64,000 nt of DNA from positions 2,852,001 to 2,916,000 of the forward strand of contig OZ374558.1 of assembly GCA_977862235.1 (NCBI GenBank). Direction: 5' to 3'. The notes under the pieces were generated by a model. That model was not told where the DNA came from. It ran no database searches and saw nothing but the letters and a program-made list of their open reading frames with translations. Positions 1-9,193 of this stretch are shown here, in pieces (the first letter of the stretch is position 1; every line of letters begins with the position of its first letter). This DNA comes from Dudresnaya verticillata. Its lineage: Eukaryota. A program made the translations under genes and the position numbers.

Positions 1-88
1 TGGGTCTTTGCTCTCGCAAGTGGTAAATTCTCTTTGCTCGATTTGGTGTGCCTGAAGTGCTATAATCCCAAATTAAGTCACTGACGAT

Positions 89-691
89 TTGCCATTTATT
101 TTTGAACCAATCGCAATTTGGCTTGCAACAGTTCCGACCACAGCCGCCTCGACACCTGTCTTGGCGGCGGGCATCGTTGCCTCCGGCGGTGCGGCCAATC
201 TACGGGCCCCCGTTGCGACTGTAAGTGCTACCGTTACAGTCCCGGAGTGCAACGAAATTAAAAGTGCCGCCGTGCGCACTATACGGACCAACGCCGTATC
301 TAAGGGGCTATCTACGTCCCCGACGCCGCCGCCTTCGTCGCACGCACTACCGCCTGTGCCGCGCAAGCCCGCCGTCGCTGCGCCGCGTCCCGCGCATCTA
401 CAGCGGTTGAACCGGCGCAAGGCGAAAGTCCTGGCCGACAAGATAAATAAGGCCGCCAAGAAAACGCGTCGGGCACCGCGCGCGAAGCGTTTCTGCAAGC
501 TGTGCAAGATTTCTTGCAACGGGCCGAAACCGTGGCTCGACCATATCGAGTCACGTGCCCATATTCAAGCACGCGATAATCGGCGCGAGCTACCGCGCTG
601 TAAGCCGTGCCACCGCACATTCGAGTCTCACGGACACCTGTCCCGCCACTTGAACAGTAAGGGCCACCTCGACGTAATTTCGAAACTCTAG
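89..691 (+). CDS. Basic protein with two C-terminal U1/matrin/JAZ-type C2H2 zinc fingers; start codon uncertain, ORF may begin upstream of the window
   Basis: CKLCKISCNGPKPWLDHIESRAH and CKPCHRTFESHGHLSRHLNSKGH fit the C-x2-C-x12-H-x5-H pattern of the zf-met/JAZ class; preceded by a Lys/Arg-rich stretch. Confidence 0.65.
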   Translation: MPFIFEPIAIWLATVPTTAASTPVLAAGIVASGGAANLRAPVATVSATVTVPECNEIKSAAVRTIRTNAVSKGLSTSPTPPPSSHALPPVPRKPAVAAPRPAHLQRLNRRKAKVLADKINKAAKKTRRAPRAKRFCKLCKISCNGPKPWLDHIESRAHIQARDNRRELPRCKPCHRTFESHGHLSRHLNSKGHLDVISKL

Positions 692-781
692 ATTCTTTTG
701 ATAAAATTTGTTGCTTTCAAAAGAATTGTCTCAACTTAACAAAAGTTTCGAAATATCGTACACGTGCAAACCCGACCTGTA

Positions 782-2466
782 ATGGCGGACTCTGAGGATA
801 CCACCGTGCCACCTCAAGGGCTACCCACCCACGCTAACCAAGGTGCTCCCGTCAGCTCCCCGAACGAGTTGGAGGAAACCGACTCAGAGGCATCTTCCTT
901 GCATACTACCGTACCGTTTGCAGAAAATATCCGCCTTCACACTGTTGCACAGAAGACTTTTGTGGATGTCATCCGCACGTATCAGGAGTGCAATGTGACT
1001 GGTTCAGACTTCATTGACATGCTTCGAGAAGACTATCCACCTTCTTTACTATTCGATGTTGCTATTGCATGTAATTTTGCTTTGATGAGAAGACTTGCCC
1101 TATTCTTACCAAGTAAGGTGGTGTACCGTATGCTCCACATGAGTCGGGATATGTTCTCAACCGGTTAGCTGTATCAATCTATGAAGGTCCCTATCTTGCT
1201 TCAGCGTACCGTCATATCAGGAGCATGGGTTTGTCTCTCGGCAGTATCAACAGATCTGATTCGAGTATCGGTTCGTCATCTCGCGACTCTGTTCCCAGAA
1301 GTCATGGCAGTAAATCTGAACGCCCGGAACGACACCTAGCACTAAAAACTGAGGATGGTAACGAAGACTCGGATCAGCCATCTGGTGCTACTATAGGTGC
1401 TCGGTCACCGGCTCACAACATGGCCGTTCGCTTCAAGGATGATTCCAAGAAGTTCTCTGGTGCTTTAGGAGAATTCTGGAAGGAATACTTGGAGGACTAT
1501 GTTGATGCCGCTACTGACTACGAGTTGACCGAAAAACAGAAGCTGCAGTATCTTCCCAATATCCTTAAGGCTAGTGCTAAAAGGTACTTTAACCGCAAAG
1601 TTAAGCACTCAGCTCACTCCTTCACAGCTGCAGATGATATGATGGAAGCGTATTTCAATTCCATTTCTCGACAGCATCGTATCGAGAATCATCTCAATAT
1701 GCTCCGCATCGAGAAGTTCGTTTCAGGGACAGTTAACCTCAGTGATGCATTGGAGAAAGTCGATGAGCAGATCTCAACGCTCGCTCCACAAGGCCCAATG
1801 CACTGTCGTGCTGAAGCTAACATGGTCGTCTACCTTCGTCGAGCAGTCATTGGACACTCGTGGGCTAAGGAACCAATCAGCCGTGCTTCAGCTGAAAGGC
1901 TGACTTACCAAGAGTTCTTCTCTCAACTCGAATCGGCTATTCAGCAGAACAGAGAGGAGAAATCCCATAGGGCTCAGATGAATCCCCGCAGCCGTTTTAT
2001 CGGAGCTTCGCAGCCTGATTTTCCTAACACTCTACTTGCTAGATACGGAAGAGACAAGACCGTGGCTTTTGCCAGAGGTAATAGTAAGCCGGTCTCTGCC
2101 CAATCAAGCAATATCGTGTGTTTCAATTGCGGAAAGAACCACATGATTAGAGATTGTAAGGAAGTCATGGACGCATCAGCAATTGCCGCACGAAAAGTTC
2201 AGTTTTATCAGAGGAAGAAGTTCGGAAATAATCAGAACAAAGCTTTGAAGCGAGTTTTGTTTGAAGTTTGCGAACAACTGAAACCTGAGCCTGAGATTGA
2301 GGATGCCGACACATTCTTCAACGTCAGTGAAGAAGTAGAAGAGGAGATTCAAGACCGAGGTTCGGAAGATGAAAGAGAGTCGGAAGACGAAAAAGAAGAA
2401 GAAGACTCTATCGAACAGTTCTATCACTCCATTGAGAGTTCTATTCCCAATGGGTTGGATTTTTAG
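782..2466 (+). CDS. gag: Gag of the Copia element (ORF 764-1168 probably joins ORF 1225-2466 via a frameshift near 1140)
   Basis: CFNCGKNHMIRDC zinc knuckle; KFSGALGEFWKEYL...YELTEKQKLQYL capsid-like segment; the gag frame is open upstream of 1225 (GYVLNRLAVSIYEGP) and overlaps the end of the 764 ORF. Confidence 0.75.
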
Positions 2467-2586
2467 AACGGAGTACTCGCCAATGTCATCCTGATTTTCC
2501 AGAGTCAGAGAAAATTGACACGAGCCCGAACGCTCCGCCTAATTTACTATCTGGCATGAAAAATCCGATTCTGTTTAGTGCGTTAA

Positions 2587-5500
2587 AAAGGGGAAAAAGC
2601 CAAAAATAGAAAACAGAAAAATCCAAAAAGTAGAAATAGACCCTACATGCATATTCTCAACACCGGTATAGAAGACATTAAGTTGGACAGTAGCTCAAAT
2701 GACTTCCACGGGGCTTGCATAGACACTGGAGCTCAACGCAGTGTAATTGGAAAGCAACAGGCAAAAGCATATTGCAAGAAGGTTGGAGTCCAATTCAAGC
2801 ATAAAGCTTCTCCGCTAAGGTACCGTCTTGGAAAGGGAACATTTTCTGCTATAGGTTCAATCCCAGTTAGAATTTGTACGCCCGATGGAAGAGTTCTGAG
2901 GTTGAACGTTGACGTTATTGATGTGAATATTCTATTCTTACTTGGTCTAGATTTTCTAGATAGAGAGAAAATATTCGCGGACAACGTTGACAATCAGCTG
3001 GTCTGCAAACTTGGATGGCATATGCCAATCGTTCGCAAGTTCGGTCATCTTTATGTCGATTGGACGGACTACACCGTCAACTTTACCAAAGCAGAGCTGA
3101 AGAAACTCCATCTACACTTCTATCATCCTACTGTACAGAAGCATTACGCTCTGCTCAAAAGAGCTAAACCTGAAGAGGTTGACCACGACACGAAGAAGCT
3201 TCTAAACGAAATTGCTAGAGCATGCCAAACTTGTCAAAGATTCACTCCACGACAACAGAGTTTCAAGGTTTCATTTCCAAAGGGAATCGTATTTATCCAA
3301 GAGCTCGCGTTGGATTTAATGTTTCTTGACGGAATGGCAGTACTACATGTCGTGGACTTGCAAACGCATTTTAGTGCAACAACATTTTTGGCTGGTCAAT
3401 CGATACAGGCTACTTGGTATGCATTCTTGGAATGCTGGGCTACCGTATACACTGGTTTCCCAGACTCTATTAAGACAGACCAAGGAAGCATGTTTACTTC
3501 ACCAAAGTGGAAAGAAATTATGGACGCCCACGGTATTGCGTTTACACTTACCGCCGTAGAAAGCCATAATTCCTTAGGTGCTGGTGAAAAGTATCACGCA
3601 CCATTGAGAAGGATTTATCACAAAATCCGACATTCTCAGCCGAATATTGATGTCATGATGGCTCTTAGATTAGCTGTCAAGGCAATGAATGATACTATGA
3701 ACCCTGAGGGGCTCGTTCCTTCCCTCCTCGTCTTCGGTGTTCTACCAAGGTTTCCTGGAGCATCTCAGTCCTTACCTGATCAGCAAGAAAGAATGCAGGC
3801 ACTCTTGCTTGCTAGACTTGAGATGGAAATTATTTCTAACGAACTCCGTTTACGGAAGGCATTAGAATCGAGGCTTCTGCAAGCTGCTGAGCTGGAAGTT
3901 GGACAGGAAGTTTTAGTGTATCGAGAAGATGAGAAACCGATCAAATGGACTGGGCCGTTCAAGATCAAGAAATTAGAAGGGAAGCAAGTGTTCATAGTTC
4001 GAGATTGTACTGAGGCTCAACACTCAGTAGCCCAAGTCAAGCCGTTCCTTCAAGAGGAGGAAGTCGGTGAAAACTTTGTGGACGTACTATACTCAATGGT
4101 AAGGCCTTTCGTTTCCTGCAAAGGCAGAGAACAGGAACCAGCTAGAGTGTATGTCACTGAAGTTCTACATCCCAGAGACCCTAGAGGAGGCTCTCCAGAG
4201 TTCTTGGAAGCTAAGAAGAAAGAGATTAAAGGTCTCATTGAGAAGGGTACTTGGAAATTAGTACTGAGAGAAGACGTCCCCAATAACGCAAACATATTGA
4301 ATGGTAGATTTGTTTTGACTATCAAGAATGCCAATACGAACGAAGAGATTTTCAAAGCAAGATATGTGGTCCAAGGACATAAGGATAAGGAGAAGAACTT
4401 CTTGATCCACAATTCTACCAACGTGAGACAGAGTTCTACACGACTGATGATGGCAATAGCTTCTATGTATGGCTTCCGCGTCTGGAGTCATGATGTTAAA
4501 CAAGCTTACTTGCAGAGCTCAGAACAACTTTTGAGAAAGGTCTATTTGAAGCCCTCAAAGGAGTTCGAGCTAGCACCCAACTATTTGTTAGAGCTTCTCA
4601 ATCCATTGTATGGTCTACCAGATTCTGGAGATTACTGGAACCAGACCATGCTACTGCATCTTACAAAGGACCTGTACATGCAGCGGACTGTCAGTGATGT
4701 TTCCTTGTTTTTCAGGTACATCGACGGAAAACTCGCAGGAATGACGGGTTCCTATGTAGATGATTCGTTACACTGTGGTAACGAAAAGTTTCTGAAACTT
4801 TCCGACAAGTCTTTAGAAAAGTTCGAATCAAGAGAAAGAGAGTTCGATGATTTTGTGTTCGCAGGAGTGGCCGTCAAGAACTCTCCAAATGGATTTCAGC
4901 TTGGACAGGAAGACTACATAAGGAAGCTTTCTATCCTCCCGTTAGATTGTAGTTACTCTGATTTCAGGTCCAGTCGTGCTAAATTGGCATGGGTTACTCA
5001 CACTAGACCTGACATATGTTTTATGGTGAACAAATTAGCACAAGTAACAGCAGCAAAGTTCGACATCGGACAAATTAAGAAATTGAACAAGGTCGTTAAG
5101 AAGATTCAGAAGGATCCGAAGAGATGCCTACAGTATCAAAAGTTGGACTTCCGCACGTTACATCTCAAGGTGTACGCTGACTCGTCGTTTGCTAATAACG
5201 AAGATCAGACCTCTCAGCTAGGCTACAACGTCCTACTAGCAGATGATTCGGGCAAATGCAGCATAATTCACTACTCCAGCCACAAGAGCAGACGAGTCGT
5301 TCCGTCTGTACTTGGTGGGGAAGTATATGCCTTCGCTGATGCTTTTGATTTCTCTTTCACCCTGAAGAACGACCTTGAGCGCATTCTGAAGAAAAGAATC
5401 CCACTCAAGATCTTCACGGATTCTCGTAGCTTGTTTGACGTAATCACGAAAGCGTCTTCCACTACTGAGAAAAGGCTAATGATAGACATCACAGCCGTTC

Positions 5501-6806
5501 GGAATGCTTATGATGCAAAAGAGATATCTGATGTTGGTTTCATTCGTTCTCAGCATAACCCGGCTGATTCTTTTACCAAAGAAGGAGTGTAGTGCAAAAC
5601 GTCTAGGACGGAAAAGCACGCCCGGGCAGTTCGAGACCCGGCGGGTAGCACGTCAGAGACGGTAGGGGTGGTAGAGCATGGACAACGCCACAAGGCGGAC
5701 TGTAAACGCCCTGGGCGGTAGGTAGGTCGAAACCAAAGAAACGAAACAAGACGGAAATGGAAACACGTCAACGACGGTGTTAAACGTGGAGGGACGGGGG
5801 TACCGACGCTTTGCCTAACGGAAGCGGTGGCGACGCACACACTAGCGGGAAGGGGCATTCGGCTACCAAGGTCATAAAGGGGAAACACACGTCCACGACG
5901 GAGTGGATGAGTGCGTGGTAGTCCGGCACGTAGCCCACGCTAATAGCGGTGATGTCCGCTCTTGAGCGCTGGGGGTGAAGAACTACCGAGCTTCTCGGGG
6001 GAAAACAAAAGGGGATACACGTCAAAGACGGACATTGACGCGGAAGCGAGATCGTCGCAACGCGTAGCCAACGTCGTTAGCGGCAGTGACGCTAACGAGC
6101 GAAGGGGCGAAGTGTGAAGGCAGACCGGCTTGCCGGGGTTTACTGTGACGTCCTAGACGGGTTACCTAAGTATTAATACTGCTGCGTGGGCGACAGCGGT
6201 GGCACTGCGGCGCGCGGGAACTCAGCACACGTGTCGTTCCGTCGTGCGTCTGACAAGCGCCCTCGGAATGCAGCCGTGCGCCTGACACATTTGCCCACGC
6301 CACCGCGCGCGCCGCGCTAATGCTTACACCTACACGTGTTCACGCACCGCGCTTACAGACTCTTGGTCCCATTGTCCTCCGCTGCCCTGTGACACGTCCA
6401 CGTGTGCCAGTATGCCACGGGGCGCGGCAGCGTGACCCAGTAACTACACCTCACGCGTTCTCTCAACCCGACATTGCCGTCACTATCCGCTGTGAGCGGG
6501 AAGTCTGGTTCTTGACCAAGTTGCCCGACAAAGTCGAATGACTAGCGCCATCGGCGGAAACAGGATGACGAGCGGGTTCGCGCCTCGAGCTCGATCCCAG
6601 TCGCCAAAGGCGGTAGAAACGTCAAAGACGGGAGCTATCCGTCTAGGACGGTACAGAGCGCCAGTGTCCTGGGACAATTTGCACCACAAGGAGCAAATGA
6701 TGCGCTCCATGACATTGTTTCAAAGGGAAAATACGACCATCCTATCGAACAATGGGTTGTTCGAGACTGGAATACTTCACAAAAATGTCTTAGTCTGCAA
6801 AAGTGA
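2587..6806 (+). pseudogene. pol: Copia pol polyprotein (protease, integrase, RT, RNase H), interrupted at 5588-6693 by a solo LTR plus TSD
   Basis: CIDTGAQRSVIG protease; HLHFYH...CQTC and DLMFL/TDQGS/GEKYH integrase; KARYVVQG, DVKQAYLQS, LYGL, YVDD RT; YADSSF, GEVYA, TDSRSLFD, NPADSFTK RNase H. Removing the insertion restores ...FTKEGANDALHDIVSKGKYDHPIEQWVVRD...LQK* ending at 6806. Confidence 0.93.
5588..6688 (-). mobile_element. Solo LTR (family A, 1101 bp) inserted in the Copia RNase H
   Basis: Termini TGTAGTGCAAA...TTTGCACCACA (10/11 inverted match); 5-bp TSD AGGAG at 5583-5587 and 6689-6693; TATA-like TATTAATA and CAGTAAACCCC on the minus strand; homologous to 41290-41628, 45380-45581 and 54145-54481. 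Confidence 0.92.
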
Positions 6807-6836
6807 CCAAGAAGGATTAAGCGAAAGAGACGGGAC

Positions 6837-7853
6837 TGTGGAAAGACTGAAGCAGACTGACTGCTGAGGGAGCCAGATTGGCGCTTAGATGCGACACAGT
6901 TCTATCTACGTCGCAATAAATCTACTTAGTCTTTATTTACTGTTGCTACAGTAAACTATTTTCTAGTGGATAGGTCGTACATTTAGAGACTAGAGCTAGT
7001 CTTTTTGTGATGTAGTAGAATGGCTTTCAAGCCAGAGTAGACGGCCGCAAGGCACGACAGCTGTCCTGAAAGCGTGATCCCACTCGCGTGGTTGGTAGCT
7101 CCAAAAGGGGTGTTAGAGACTTGAGAGGGCGGCAAGCCCTGCAAAAGAGGGAGAAAAGGGAAGGCGAACCGTACTGCTTAGAGAAGTCGTCGTAGGTAGC
7201 ACGGCTTGTAAACGCCTAACGGTGGTTGTAGCTGTGATACCGTGAGAGTCCAACAAAGGGAAAAAAACCCAAGGCACACACCGCTTTCCCTTTAGTGCGG
7301 GGCCCCTGCTACTCAGGGGCCTAATATATACGGCGGGAGCCGAAAAGGTACTACCCGCTCAGTTAGAGCTATAATGCTAACAGTGAGCAAATACTGTACA
7401 CTAACAGTTACACTAGCGATTAAAAATAGGAATGAGCGGTCATACCGCTTCCGTACGTACGGCGCCATTGTAAGGCGCCACGCTCAAAATAGACGTGCCA
7501 TCATGGCGCGTATCCACCACTCAGCGCGCATAGTACTCACGTAGTTAATTGTCCAATGGCGAGCAGCCATCTCACTCCTGTATCCCACGCCTTACAGGCG
7601 TCGCGTGTACACGTGGCTCCTTACAACGCCCCAGCGCTCGTTATACCACATGTGAAGATAGAGTTAGTCTTTTATTTAGTAGACTAACGCTGCAAAACTA
7701 GCTCTAAAAGTACGGTTTTACCTGCCGGAGTCTTGGCTAGCAAGCGCTCCGGCAGAGTATAAAGGGCCTCCCTCGCCGGCCAACTCGGCGAGGAAAGGAC
7801 ACACATTATCAACTCAAACCACCACCCCAAAGCCACTATTTGACATTTCCATA
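6837..7853 (+). repeat. 3' LTR of the Copia element (~370 bp once the nested LTR is removed)
   Basis: Follows the pol stop and purine tract; starts TGTGGAAA, ends TTTCCATA (one mismatch to the inverse); TATAAA at ~7758. Confidence 0.65.
7011..7650 (-). mobile_element. Solo LTR (family C, 640 bp) nested in the Copia 3' LTR
   Basis: TGTAGTAGAA...TTATACCACA termini; TSD TGTGA at 7006-7010 and 7651-7655; colinear similarity to 44727-45320 (GCCCCTGCT...CAGGGGCCTA hairpin, CCAATGGC, CTTACA motifs). Confidence 0.9.
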
Positions 7854-9193
7854 TTTACCGTCAACCGCTGTACGCATCGTGTGTATTTTTCCCGTTTTTG
7901 CTTACAGCCGCGCCGGTTCTGCCACACTGGCGCACCCGCCAGGGCCACTGACGTAAGCACGTTACTCGCCCGGCCTGCTTGCGCGAGTACGACACTGTAT
8001 GACAAATTCCTACAGTGGGCACTCCGTGCGTTGCTGTGTTTCAGCTACCCAGTATACATTTGAATTGCAACGTTATCGGCAATGGATTTCCATCGTGGCA
8101 CAAGACTGCGCGACATGGTCAAGACCGCTAGCTACGGAAGCGGGCTGGTCGGAGGCTGGCCCCTGATGAAACGCGACATGAGCGGGGCCGGGACACTCGC
8201 GCTCGTTGCATCCGCGTGGCAGCCCGCCGACAAGAGCATGGAGCAGTCAGTGATCGGGCTGATTAGTTTGTTTCGTTCCAGCGTGGTCGAGGTATTGCGG
8301 ATCCTGCTGATGCCGTGCAGGAAATGTTGCAGATTGGCAACGTCTGCACTCGACCGCACAACTCCGACGGTGTTACGGATCCAGAACTGGTCGGACGCGG
8401 GGCAAGGCACGTAAGCGAAAGCGACGTTTGGGCGGCGGCTTGACTCACCTTCGCAATGACAGCGCCAGTCACTCGCGACTTGGTCACCCTGTTCGAAGGG
8501 AGCGTTCGCGATGGTGAACTTGTGCATGCGCGCGCGTGCACCTGGAGAAGACGACCCGGGGTCGGATGCCTGGCAAGATCAAGGGCGGCTCTCCGCGGGT
8601 GGTTGGCCGCCGAGATGTTGTTGCACTTGTGACCAAGACGGGTTTGGCCGGCGCTGTCGAATCGCGATGCGCGAGGAGCGCTTGTTGGATCGCGATCCAT
8701 GGCGGTCGGAGAATACAGTCCAGCAATGCTCTCACGCGCTTCGGATGGGCGGCAGCGCCCGCGCAAAAATTACCGAAAAACTGTATCTGTGGGTGTTCCA
8801 CGTAAGTCACTCTCGACGCTGCTTGGCCGAGTACCCAGCGGAGAAGCGCCGACTCGTCTTCGGACATGCTCGCGCTCACCGCATTGACAGTGAGATCACC
8901 TCGTCTCGCGCTGCGACTCGCCCTTCTCCGGTGCGCCGGGCGCACCCAGGCACACTGGCCGAACCTCAAGGAACTCAAGGCGCTTGCGACGGCCTTCATC
9001 GTCCGCAAGCTCCGTATTTCATGCACACCGGCTGCGCTGCGGCGAACAGCGTGCTATAGCCTTTGGAGCTCCGTTTGCCCTACGTCATTCTCTTGCTAGC
9101 TCTGCTCTGCAAGCTTCTCCCCATCGCTTCCGCCAAGCCAGCAGCTGAGTTCAGCTCGCGTGCAGGTTCGTTTCCGCAGCCTTTCCTTTCGAA

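Larger units (their letters stand above)
782..7853 (+). mobile_element. Copia-superfamily (GalEa-like) LTR retrotransposon; 5' LTR not found in the window; interrupted by two solo LTRs
   Basis: gag with zinc knuckle, then PR-IN-RT-RH order; purine tract ~6823-6835 followed by TGTGGAAA (6837), with a near-inverted TTTCCATA at 7846-7853. Confidence 0.9.

Noticed and set aside
5599..6160. CRISPR-like or integron-like array suggested by periodic palindromes
   Set aside because: Repeats have only 10 fixed bases, the spacers are diverged paralogs of each other, there are no cas genes, and the array lies inside a TSD-flanked LTR
5588..6688. Repeat family A as terminal repeats or recombination sites of the YR elements
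   Set aside because: TG...CA ends and 5-bp TSDs indicate DDE-integrase LTRs, and one copy disrupts a YR gene
8082..9100. Possible spliced gene or NB-ARC remnant upstream of the kinase-WD40 gene
   Set aside because: The candidate GT-AG intron 8411-8462 leads to an early stop; no P-loop or other recognisable motif
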